Positions 18,926 to 28,280 of a stretch of 29,209 nucleotides of DNA are shown piece after piece (the stretch's first letter is position 1; every line of letters starts with the position of its first letter). The DNA is from Synechococcus sp. Its GTDB lineage: Bacteria; Cyanobacteriota; Cyanobacteriia; Thermostichales; PCC-7336. Made by a program: the position numbers and the translations under genes. The stretch spans positions 1 to 29,209 of the forward strand of contig JBFRWD010000108.1 of NCBI GenBank assembly GCA_051439425.1. The letters run 5' to 3'. The notes under the pieces are model-generated. The model searched no databases. It was not told the origin of the DNA and saw nothing but the letters and a program-made list of their open reading frames with translations.

Positions 18926-21043
18926 ATGGCACAAAATAGTCTGCCTGCACTTGGGAACGGGACCATGCAGCTCAAACCGCTAGAAGGACGTAGCTTTCCG
19001 CTGGGAGCTACCGTATATCCCACCGGGGTCAATTTTTGCGTGTTTTCCAAGAATGCGACGGCGGTTGAACTACTGCTCTTCGATACTCTAGCTTCCGACT
19101 GTCCCTCCTATACCCTGTCCCTCCTGCCTGATGAAAATCGCTCGTTCCACTACTGGCATATTTTTGTCCCCGACCTCAAACCCGGTCAGCTCTACGCCTA
19201 TCGCGCCCACGGCCCCTACGCTCCCGATCGCGGTCAGCGCTTCGATCGCACCAAAGTATTGCTCGACCCTTACACCAAAGCCATTGCCCGTACCGAACGC
19301 TACGATCGCGCGGCTGCCAGCACGCTAGCCCAAGAGAACTGCAGTCGTGCCCTGCGCAGCGTTGTTGTCGACCCCTCTGATTACGACTGGGAAGGCGATC
19401 GCTACCCCCGACATGCTTACTCCACCAGCGTGATCTACGAGATGCATGTGGGAGGATTTACTCGCCATCCCAATTCTCAACTTGCTCCTGAAAAACGGGG
19501 AACATTTGCTGGGCTGATTGAAAAGATCCCTTACCTCAAGAATCTCGGGATTACGGCGGTCGAACTGTTGCCCATCCACGCATTTGACATTTACGATGCC
19601 CGCCCCGGTCTTACAAACTATTGGGGCTACAGCACTCTGGCATTCTTTGCCCCTCACCCCCAATACAGCAGCGATCGCTCTCCTCTCGGCCCCGTCAACG
19701 AGTTTCGCAACATGGTCAAGGCTCTGCACCGGGCAGATATCGAAGTGATTTTGGATGTGGTGTTTAACCACACGGCTGAAGGGGGCGAACGTGGACCAAC
19801 CACTTCGTTTCGCGGACTAGACAACGAAACGTATTACATTCTGGATGCGGACGATCCGTCCAAGTACAGCGATTACAGCGGTTGTGGCAATACCTTCAAA
19901 GGTAATCATCCCATTGTGGGTCGTCTGATTCTAGATAGCTTGCGCTATTGGGTGTCGGAGATGCATGTTGATGGGTTTCGCTTCGATCTGGCGTCAGCCT
20001 TGGCACGAGATATTTACGGAGCACCTCTGACCAATAGGGGCACCAATACTATTTTGTGGGCGATTGAATCCGATCCAGTGTTGGCAGGCACCAAGCTGAT
20101 TGCAGAAGCATGGGATGCAGCCGGTCTCTACAATGTGGGTCAGTTTGTCGAGTTTGCCGACTGGTTTTCGGAATGGAACGGTCCATTTCGGGACGACCTG
20201 CGACAATTTGTGCGGGGGGATGAGGGGACTGTGCGCCGCTTGGCCGATCGCATCTTGGGCAGCCCCGATATCTATCCTCAAGACGATACGGACATTAACC
20301 GCACGATTAATTTCATTACGTGCCATGACGGCTTTACCCTGAACGATTTGGTGGCATTTAACGAAAAACACAACCATGCCAACGGCGAAGATAATCGCGA
20401 CGGGACCGATCAAAATTACAGTTGGAATTGCGGCATCGAGGGCAAAACCGAGGATGCCGAAGTGGAAGCCCTCCGCCTGCGCCAAATTAAAAATCTGCTA
20501 ACCATCCAGTTTTTCTGTCAGGGCACACCGATGGTGTTGATGGGGGATGAAGTGCGACGCACCCAATGCGGCAATAACAATGCCTATTGCCAGAACAACG
20601 AACTCAGTTGGTTTGACTGGAGTGCTGTCGATCGCGAATTCGAGCTGTGGTGTTTTTTCCGGCGGCTGATCGATTTCACCCAAAAACTCAAAATATTTGG
20701 CCGAGAAGATCGGCTTGAGGTGTCCTACGGCACCCACCGCCCCCATCTTAGTTGGCACGGTGTGAATCTATGTGCCCCCGATTGGGGAGACACCTCCCAT
20801 TCCCTCGCATTCTCCCTCCGTCACCCAGCTGCAGGCGAGTACTTGCATGTCATGCTCAATGCCTATTGGGAGCCGCTGGACTTTGAGCTGCCGGTGTTGG
20901 GAAGAGGGGAGCGATGGTTTCAGGCGATCGACACGCAATTGCCGTTGTCCGAGACGTTTTGCCAATTGGATGCTTCGTCAGAAGTTATGGGTGATTTTTA
21001 TCGGGTGGGGGAACGCTCTAGCGTAGTGCTGATGGTGAAATAG
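18926..21043 (+). CDS. glgX: Glycogen debranching enzyme/isoamylase (GH13)
   Basis: GVNFCVFS, YEMHVGGFT, NYWGYS, DVVFNHT; catalytic DGFRFDLAS, IAEAWD, FITCHDGFTL; TQCGNNNAYCQ. Start could be ATG 18965. Confidence 0.96.
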   Translation: MAQNSLPALGNGTMQLKPLEGRSFPLGATVYPTGVNFCVFSKNATAVELLLFDTLASDCPSYTLSLLPDENRSFHYWHIFVPDLKPGQLYAYRAHGPYAPDRGQRFDRTKVLLDPYTKAIARTERYDRAAASTLAQENCSRALRSVVVDPSDYDWEGDRYPRHAYSTSVIYEMHVGGFTRHPNSQLAPEKRGTFAGLIEKIPYLKNLGITAVELLPIHAFDIYDARPGLTNYWGYSTLAFFAPHPQYSSDRSPLGPVNEFRNMVKALHRADIEVILDVVFNHTAEGGERGPTTSFRGLDNETYYILDADDPSKYSDYSGCGNTFKGNHPIVGRLILDSLRYWVSEMHVDGFRFDLASALARDIYGAPLTNRGTNTILWAIESDPVLAGTKLIAEAWDAAGLYNVGQFVEFADWFSEWNGPFRDDLRQFVRGDEGTVRRLADRILGSPDIYPQDDTDINRTINFITCHDGFTLNDLVAFNEKHNHANGEDNRDGTDQNYSWNCGIEGKTEDAEVEALRLRQIKNLLTIQFFCQGTPMVLMGDEVRRTQCGNNNAYCQNNELSWFDWSAVDREFELWCFFRRLIDFTQKLKIFGREDRLEVSYGTHRPHLSWHGVNLCAPDWGDTSHSLAFSLRHPAAGEYLHVMLNAYWEPLDFELPVLGRGERWFQAIDTQLPLSETFCQLDASSEVMGDFYRVGERSSVVLMVK

Positions 21044-21052
21044 CGCCTGTTC

Positions 21053-21578
21053 GGTACTGTTGCAAAGACTTGAAAGCAGACAAATGGTCTAAGTGTTACC
21101 TGTATTTTTATGCAGCAATCCCAAAGAGCTGATTGATGAAGTTTGTCTGAACAACAACGTCTCCCCTAGCAAAACCATCAAGCTGTTCCTTGCGAATCAT
21201 GTTGATAGTTTCGTATCCCCTGAGAGTTCGTTGAGCACTCCAGAAGTTCTTGAAATACTGGCTAGCTTTGACTCTCCAGCGAACAAATCGGCGATCTTGC
21301 TCCACTATGCTTTCATCCATTTCCGGAGCGGAGCGTTGTACCCAGCGATAGATCGTTGAGTGATTGACGTTGGCTTCCACGTTCAGCCAACAGTTCCTGA
21401 ACGTCTCGATAACTCAGTTGATACCTCAAGTACCACCTCACCGCCATGATGATGATCGACGGAGGGAAGTGACGACACCTGAACGGAGTATCTGCTGGCA
21501 TCAATTAGCTAATTCGGCAGGGCAAAAGAGCCTAGACCAGCATCTCGCTTGAGTCACGCCGAATTTTGCAACACAACC
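21053..21578 (-). mobile_element. Internally deleted IS6-family element (526 bp)
   Basis: IRs GGTACTGTTGCAAA (21053) and TTTGCAACACAACC (21565-21578); frameshifted transposase with APEMDE joined to SIVEQDRRF (core deleted). Confidence 0.9.
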
Positions 21579-21718
21579 CTTTCCTCCTGCCACTGAAAGA
21601 ACTTAAGTAGCTATGAATAAGATCTTCAGTTCCTGAGCTCGTTGACAATTTTTTTTCATTGTCAGGTAAGCATACGGATTTTGTCATCCGCGTAGGTGAT
21701 TTCTAACTAAGTAGAATT

Positions 21719-22159
21719 TCATGCACTTGGGTAGAAGCCACATGTAATAAGCCAATAGCAAGCCAATGCAAAGATAGCTATTGACATCGAAGGAACTACT
21801 ATTCGAAACCATCGAGTTCCCTTAGATTTCAAAGGCAAAGATATCAGAGTTGAAAGTGTTACCAATCCTGCAATCCACATCCCTCCCAAGATTGCAAAAA
21901 ATGCCCATACTCTTGGGCCAGACATAAAATCGTGTGCAGCTTGGTCGCCGACCCAGTATTGGACAGGTCCGTAGGCTCCTGGAATCTTCAGCAGTAAGGA
22001 TACCTTAATCAGAACTACTACCCAGACTGATGTTCCCAGCAAAACTACACTAGCAATAGCACGAAAAACTGTTCTGCTTTTCAATACCTCCTGATCTAGT
22101 TTCCACGCACCATAAACTGTTAGCAGGGCCGTTATTGTTGCGATGAGTACTGCGTGCAT
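21719..22159 (-). CDS. Hypothetical membrane protein, about 4 TM segments, 146 aa
   Basis: ATG start, four hydrophobic stretches, no recognised family. Confidence 0.7.
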   Translation of the reverse strand: MHAVLIATITALLTVYGAWKLDQEVLKSRTVFRAIASVVLLGTSVWVVVLIKVSLLLKIPGAYGPVQYWVGDQAAHDFMSGPRVWAFFAILGGMWIAGLVTLSTLISLPLKSKGTRWFRIVVPSMSIAIFALACYWLITCGFYPSA

Positions 22160-22503
22160 CTTTCGGTATTAACTAATACATTGATGTGAATATTTCTAAA
22201 AGAGTCTGTTGGATTAGCCTACCTGTAATACATTCAAAAACGATCATATATCCATGGCCATATGAATTAGGGCGCAAGGCAAAGATCGAGCTAGAAAGCA
22301 TCGCGCTGTAATGTTGCAAAGATTTTTCAAAGAGCTATCCGGAGTGTCACAGCTGAAAAAAAGGGTCTACAAGTGGCGTCCCAGAAAATCTTTACAACAG
22401 TACCTCATACAGAGCAATGGGAAGTTTCGGTCATTATTAGTTCAGAGATTTTCCCTCTATCCTTTACTAATCAAGGATCGTGCAGATTTGTGCTGAGTCT
22501 CAG

Positions 22504-23268
22504 TCAATTTGGCAATGAGTTTATCATTCCTGCTTCATAGGGGGCGAAGCCCGCATCAAAGTGAGTGCTTTCGCTATACTTGGCTCCGCCTAACTTTGCT
22601 CCATCAAGGTTGGCTCCTCTCAGATCGGCTCCGACCAAATTAGCTTCTGCTAGATTGACATTTTTTAAGTTTGCTTCCTTTAGATTGGCAAACTTTAATT
22701 CAGCACTCCACAAATCTGCTTTAACGAGCAGACTTTTTCTTAAATCAGCACTTTGCAAGTCCACAGCTCTAAGATTAGCCTTCCAGAGAGATGCCTCTCG
22801 TAAGTCGGCACCATGCAGTTTGGCATGCCATAGCAAAGCCCGACTCAAATTGGCTCCCCTCATGTGCGCTCCACCCAAGTCAGCTGTTCTGAAGTCAACG
22901 TCTTCCAAGTTCGCTCGACTCAAATCCACTTGCCTGAGGTCGGCCTCTCTGACATCTGCTCCATGCAAATTAGCCGACCGTAGATCAGCGGCTCTCATGT
23001 CTGCCCCCCTAAATATTGCGCCTTCGAGCAGAGCTTCTCGCAGATCGGCATTCCTTAAGTCTGCTAGTTCAAGATTGGCCTCTTTGAGAACAACGTGGAA
23101 TAAATCGGTTCCTCTCAAATTAGATTTGTAGAACCCAGACTCGCTAAAGTTAGCTTTATTCAATATTGCCGAATGCAAATCAGCCTCTACCAGATTTGCT
23201 CCATGAAAATCTCGCTTACCAAAAGCATAAAGCTCCAGTACCTTTGATGCAGATGTGAGCTCGTACAC
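22504..23268 (-). CDS. Pentapeptide repeat protein, 254 aa
   Basis: N-terminus ELYAFGKRDF then continuous A[DN]Lxx repeats; typical tail GAKYSESTHFDAGFAP. Confidence 0.93.
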   Translation of the reverse strand: MYELTSASKVLELYAFGKRDFHGANLVEADLHSAILNKANFSESGFYKSNLRGTDLFHVVLKEANLELADLRNADLREALLEGAIFRGADMRAADLRSANLHGADVREADLRQVDLSRANLEDVDFRTADLGGAHMRGANLSRALLWHAKLHGADLREASLWKANLRAVDLQSADLRKSLLVKADLWSAELKFANLKEANLKNVNLAEANLVGADLRGANLDGAKLGGAKYSESTHFDAGFAPYEAGMINSLPN

Positions 23269-23599
23269 AAATCAACTCAGAATCACTACCTCAGCGACTC
23301 ACTCACTCCCTTGTCCGTAATTTTACGCAGACTGGCCGATTCATAATGCCACTGCACAACATATCTCAACACGGAAGTTGCAAACGAGACAAAGCTGTCA
23401 TTCCCTTACTGCCAGATACTCCACTAGGGATCCGTCACTTTCAAATACAGAAATCTTATGGAAAGCTGTTTGATACTTAAATGTATTATTTCGTGGATAT
23501 TGATGTAGTGAAGAGTGGACTCAACTCATAACATCTAGGTTAGTAGATGGTACGCGATGGAGAAACGGAACATGTATGGAGAGAGCAGTACACTAGTAA

Positions 23600-24251
23600 T
23601 TGGTTGGCTACGTCAGGGTCAGTTTTGAGGGTCAAGCCGACAACACCAGTCTCGACCAACAATAATCTCGAATCAAAAACTACTGTCATGCCTTCGGTCA
23701 CGAGTTGGTAAAGGTCTTTGTCGAGGTTGGCAGCGGTAAGGATACCGACAATCGTCCTCAGTTCCAGGCGGCCTTGGAGATGGTCCGAGAAGAGGCGGAT
23801 GGGATTATTGCCCTCAAGCTTGACCGGATTGCTCGCAACGCTCGATACGTGTTGGCCCTCGTTGAAGACTGTTTGCATCCTCCAAATAAGGCCTTGGTGT
23901 TGTTAGATCTGCAGGTCGATACATCTGCAGGAAAGATGATTCTGACTGTGATAGCTGCAGTCGCTGAGTTGGAGCGCAATACGATTGCTAAGCGAACTAA
24001 AGCGGGTAGAGCAGCAAAAGCAGCGAAGGGTGGTTTTGCCTATGGGAGCCCACACTTCGGAACCAAAGCAGTCGAAGGGAAGCTAGTTCCCATCGAGAAG
24101 GAGCAAGCTGATTCGCCGCCACCGCAAATCAGGGAAGTCTTATGCCAAGATCGCTGACTGGTTCAACGGTGAAGGATTCACTACTCAACGAGATAAGTCC
24201 TGAAATGCTACGTAGGTTCAGCGGGTGTATCGACGGCTGATGGATAGATAA
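23600..24251 (+). pseudogene. Serine recombinase (resolvase/invertase family) pseudogene
   Basis: In frame upstream of the ORF call: LVGYVRVSFEGQ (catalytic Ser), then TAA at 23663-23665. SGKDTDNRPQF, KLDRIAR and AELERNTI follow; frameshift near 24110 before SYAKIADWFNGEG, then further stops. Confidence 0.88.
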
Positions 24252-24271
24252 AAATACAGATAGTTTCCTCT

Positions 24272-24516
24272 GGGTCGCGCTTCAAATCCCCCGGTCAGGC
24301 GCAGCGGTTTTTAGCTGAAATGGAGCCGATATGAGATCGCTTTCACCCCCATCAACACAAACTCTCAGCAACAGAATATCGAGAAACAATGAATCAGCGC
24401 TTCAAGAGCTGGAGGGAAGTGGCGAGTCTGAATACAGCTGCGTAAATAAGTACATCATCCTTTGTTCAAAAAAACTGTGCATCGCTTTGAGGATTGGAAG
24501 TTAACGTATCAATCCC
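24272..24516 (+). mobile_element. 3' remnant of an IS6-family element
   Basis: FKSPGQAQRFLAEMEPI*DRFHPHQHKLSATEYRETMNQRFKSW; IR-like GTTAACGTATCAATCC at ~24500. Confidence 0.7.
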
Positions 24517-24734
24517 CTTCCGAAGCTAACTTTCACAACTGGTTGAAAATGCAAGGACTTTTAAAAGCAAAATCTCAGCAGGAGCCCGATCCATGAGCGA
24601 TCAATTTCAAATTCCTATGAGAGTATTCGTACCTTTGTTGGAGTGGAACCGTTTTCAGCGGTTTGTGCAAGGAGGACGAAGGCGTGTCTGACTGTCTGGT
24701 ATGGCTTTAAGGGCACAAAACATTCGGGCATAGT

Positions 24735-24765
24735 AAGAAAACGACCTGGGTGGTGGCCCAGGTCG
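24735..24765 (-). terminator. Intrinsic terminator-like hairpin
   Basis: Perfect 9-bp stem CGACCTGGG/CCCAGGTCG followed on the minus strand by TTTTCTT. Confidence 0.6.
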
Positions 24766-25363
24766 GGAACGTCGTGAAAGTAAGTGCGCAGCTCAGGTAC
24801 CATACTTGAACCCGCACTTACTCACACCTGGAGATACCTTATATCTCTACAAGAACAAAAAAAAGAGACTTAAGATACCACCCAAGTTGTCAAAAGTTGC
24901 TTATATGCAGCTTGTAACTCAGTTAGGTAAGACTTGAAAGTCTCGCTCTGTATAGATAAAAAGCTGAGCTAACTAAGCCGGGATGTCAAGAAAAAAAGAA
25001 GGGAAAACCTGGGCCAAAACGACCCAGGTGGCTTGTCCCCTCAAGACAGGGAGAAAACTTAACACCTAGCCGTAGAGTGAAAAGCTCGCCCTGCATCCGA
25101 TCTAGTTCTCCCACCCGCAAACAAACATTAGCCCCGTCACAACAACCGTTAGGACAAACGAAAAAAAAGACGGCCTAGAAAAACCACCTCAGGGCGCACA
25201 ACTTATTTACTTTGTGCGCTTTAAAGTAACCCATAAGAAAGACCTGGAAAGGCTCTCCAGGCCTGGAGCAAAGACGCAAAGACAACGTAGCAAGCGAGGC
25301 TAACGTTCTGCCCTACACCCCAGGCATACTCCACTAAAAGACGGCAAGCAAGCCACAGTAAAA

Positions 25364-26223
25364 GGTATTGTTTCAAAGACTTGAAAGCAGACAAAAGGTC
25401 TAAGTGTTGCCTGTATTCTTTATACAGCAATCCCAAAGAGCTGAGTGATGAAGTTTATCTGAGCAACAACGTCTCCCCTAGCAAAACTATCTGCCCTAGC
25501 AAAAACATCAAGCTGTTCCTTGCGAGTCATGTTGATAGTTTCGTATCCCCTGAGAGTTCGTTGAGCACTCCAGAAGTTCTTGAAATTCTGGCTGGATTTG
25601 ACTCTCCATCGGACAAATCGGTGATTTTGCTCCACTATATTTTGAAGGTACTTTACAAGGCGATGCTTGCAGCTCTCTGGCAGTTCACCCGACTGTTTCA
25701 GTTCTGCGATCACTTTGACGTAGCTACCATTCTTATCAGTGTTGATGACCTTCGGCATTTGAATTTGCTCTCTCTGCAAGACCTTACGCAGAAAACTTTT
25801 GGCAGCCTTGCCATCACGTTTAGCCGTTAGCAAAAAGTCTAGAGTGTTTCCGGCTGAGTCAACTGCGCGGTACAAGTATTTCCAAACGCCTCCGACTCGA
25901 ATATACGTTTCGTCAACTCTCCAGGAATCGTTGGTAGGCTGCCATCGAGACCGAAATCTTTAATCTATTTCCGGAGCCAAGCGCTCCCCCACCGATAGAT
26001 TTTTGAATGGTCGACATTGACTCCTCTTTCTGTCAGCATCTCCTGAACATCTCGATAGCTCAGTCGATATCTCAAATACCATCTCACTGCCATGATGATG
26101 ATCGATGGAGGGAAATGACGGCATTTGAACGGGGTATCTGCGGGCATCAGTTCGCTAGTCAGAGAAAGCAAAGGGGCTCACACTACCATGCCGCCTGAAT
26201 TACGCCGCGTTTGCAACAGAATC
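25364..26223 (-). mobile_element. Near full-length IS6-family element, transposase inactivated
   Basis: Degenerate IRs GGTATTGTTTCAAA (25364) and TTTGCAACAGAATC (26210-26223); MPADTPFKCRHFP...WRVDETY...YLYRAVD...INTDKN...NIVEQNHR; 1-nt frameshift near 25988, a TAA stop, and an 18-nt internal duplication near 25477. Confidence 0.9.
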
Positions 26224-26282
26224 GCATAGACTCAGGAGGAGTTTTTTTTGCTTTCAGGGGCTTGCTTCTGGGGATATGGCTC

Positions 26283-26821
26283 TAGAAACCAGCATTTGGT
26301 TTCTGGTATCCATATGTTGGTTTAAGGAACATGGATCATGGAAACTGGTTACTGGAATCTGGTTTCTGGAAAACGGCATCTAAACACCATTGACTGACTT
26401 CTGGCATCCTTAAATTAGCTTTAGGAACATGGATTCTGGAAACTGGTTACTGGAATATGGATGCCAGAAACCATTATCTGGAAACCAATACCTGGTTTCT
26501 GGCATCCATAAGTTGGTATCAAGAACATGGATTCTGGAAACTGGATTCAGCAATATGGAATTTGGAAACCAGTATTTGGAAACCAATACCTGGTTTCCAA
26601 ATACTGGTTTCCATAAGTTGGCATCAAGAACATGGATTCTGGAAACTGGTTGTTGGAATATGGATTTTAAAAACCATTATCTGGAAACCAATACCTGGTT
26701 TCTGGCATCCATAAGTTGGTATCAGGAACCTGGATTCTGGAAACCGGTTTTAGCAATATGGAATTTGGAAACCAGTATCCGGAAACCAATATCTGGTTTC
26801 TGGTATCCAGATACTGGTTTC
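26283..26821. repeat. Array of 77 in-phase degenerate heptamers (YRGWWWC) with 98/105-bp higher-order repeat; candidate partition centromere
   Basis: Parses without indels as TAGAAAC CAGCATT TGGTTTC TGGTATC ... CAGATAC TGGTTTC; landmark ARGAACM-TGGAT recurs at 26325, 26423, 26521, 26626 and 26724. Confidence 0.93.
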
Positions 26822-27051
26822 ATTGCTCTTTAATTTGTCTTCTGTAGTTGAGTGGATGGTGTCTGGATTGAGTGAAGATAACGATAGAGCTTGCGGTAAT
26901 CAAAATAAAGGTATGGATCGCCTCTGTCTGATTACCTTTGCCCACTCCGAAGATTTTAGAGATTGCTTGCTTGTCTGGTGAAGACTAGAGTCTTGATTTT
27001 CAGCTTGCACCTGTGGAAGCGGCTAAGTGCTCTTACTATAAGTTTCATGAG

Positions 27052-27417
27052 TCATAGGTCTTCTAGGCTGATGCCGGGGGGGAGTCCAAACTCGTTTGCC
27101 AAGATGCTCTTGAGCATCGGGCTAAGTTTCACTCGTTTCTTGCGGCACCCTTTCTTCCAATGTTCGCGAACAACATACGGAACTTTAAAACCAGCCACGT
27201 TAACTAGCTCCATATCCGAATCACTGTAAAGTGGCGACATCGAAACCGAGCCATTATCTTCTACGCCACTATCAAGAGACTCTTGCTCCGGCAAATCGTT
27301 TCTCGAAGTCTCAACGCCATCACTAGCACTGTGATTTCTGGTTTCCAGATTATGGTTATTGGTTTCTGTATTTACCTCCTCTATTCCTTTACTTACTTGA
27401 GTTCTAAAGCGAGCCAT
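27052..27417 (-). CDS. Small ParG/omega-like partition partner (disordered N-terminus, RHH-like C-terminus), 121 aa
   Basis: Starts 21 bp after the parA stop, with GAGGT RBS; C-terminus LVNVAGFKVPYVVREHWKK...LSPMLKSILANEFGLP fits a strand-helix-helix pattern. Confidence 0.7.
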   Translation of the reverse strand: MARFRTQVSKGIEEVNTETNNHNLETRNHSASDGVETSRNDLPEQESLDSGVEDNGSVSMSPLYSDSDMELVNVAGFKVPYVVREHWKKGCRKKRVKLSPMLKSILANEFGLPPGISLEDL

Positions 27418-27438
27418 CAGACATCTACCTCGTGGTTG

Positions 27439-28062
27439 TTAGTTAATCAGTGAATGAATTTCTTTGAATGCTTTTTGATAATCTAGCCAGGGCATTCGGT
27501 ATTTACCTGGCTGTTGGGCTAAAGTCGCTCCAGCTAAGCTAGCGTGACGAACTCCCTCGCCCCTCCGTATAGAGGCATTCAGTAACTGGTATCCCTCTTC
27601 CTGTAAATCTTCGGCTAACTCCGCGCCTGATTTACCAGAACTCAACACATCAGTGAGCAAAATACGATATGTGCCCTGGTTTCCAGCGATTGCCTTTGCT
27701 GTTTCAATCGCAGCACTAGCGCTATCTACGTCTACCTTTGTAGGAATGACAACCAGATCGCTATCTTCAGCCAAGTCTTTAAGGTCGTCATCGGAAATAC
27801 TAGCCTGCGTATCTAGAATGACGTACTCTGCACCATCAACAGCCTTCGCCATCTTCGCAAAAGAGGCTACTACAAAAGGAGGATCGAACTTTTGATTATC
27901 ACTTGCTCTGGCTTGCCACTTTAAAGCAGTTCGATTCGCATCGTCGTCAATCAACGCAACTCGATAACCTTCCTGAGTGAGCCAGTACGCAAAATGAATG
28001 GCACTCGTGCTTTTTGCAACTCCGCCTTTTTTGGAAACAAAACTGACGTATTTCATTGACAT
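27439..28062 (-). CDS. parA: ParA-family Walker ATPase, short type Ib form (no N-terminal HTH)
   Basis: Deviant Walker A SKKGGVAKST, VALIDDDAN, Walker B YVILDT, SDLVVIPT. ATG 28062 with AGGTGG RBS preferred over 28101. Confidence 0.92.
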   Translation of the reverse strand: MSMKYVSFVSKKGGVAKSTSAIHFAYWLTQEGYRVALIDDDANRTALKWQARASDNQKFDPPFVVASFAKMAKAVDGAEYVILDTQASISDDDLKDLAEDSDLVVIPTKVDVDSASAAIETAKAIAGNQGTYRILLTDVLSSGKSGAELAEDLQEEGYQLLNASIRRGEGVRHASLAGATLAQQPGKYRMPWLDYQKAFKEIHSLIN

Positions 28063-28090
28063 CACATAAAGCCACCTACGGATGTCGTCG

Positions 28091-28141
28091 ATAATATCCA
28101 AAAAAATGGTTTTTGGAAAACAAAAAATGGTTTTTGGAAAA
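28091..28141 (-). promoter_or_regulatory. Putative parA promoter overlapped by 20-bp direct repeats
   Basis: AAAAAATGGTTTTTGGAAAA at 28101 and 28122 (21-bp period); on the minus strand TTTCCA (28119-28114)-17 bp-TATTAT (28096-28091). Confidence 0.55.
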
Positions 28142-28280
28142 TGGTCCTTAATGTCCTGTTTAGCCTTGATATCTCCTTGTTGGGGTAATTGAAGCTCTGG
28201 TAGCGGAAATCTGGACAGACATTCCCGAACTAGTGCTCTGTCAGGGAAGAATTGAGGGATAAAGCCTCTTAAGCTTAATG

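Noticed and set aside
750..23131. Numerous antisense or overlapping ORFs within the RTX, kinase, MFS, glgX and pentapeptide genes
   Set aside because: Shadow frames of well-supported genes with repetitive codons.
23705..24157. 150-aa ORF as an intact resolvase
   Set aside because: The catalytic YVRVS lies upstream of an in-frame TAA and the C-terminus is frameshifted; reported as a pseudogene.
26283..26821. Possible CRISPR array
   Set aside because: No constant repeat with unique spacers; the whole tract is heptameric and there are no cas genes.
26429..26833. 134-aa and 85-aa Trp-rich ORFs in the heptamer array
   Set aside because: The same peptide words recur across frames, as expected from a 7-bp repeat; conservation is at the DNA phase level.
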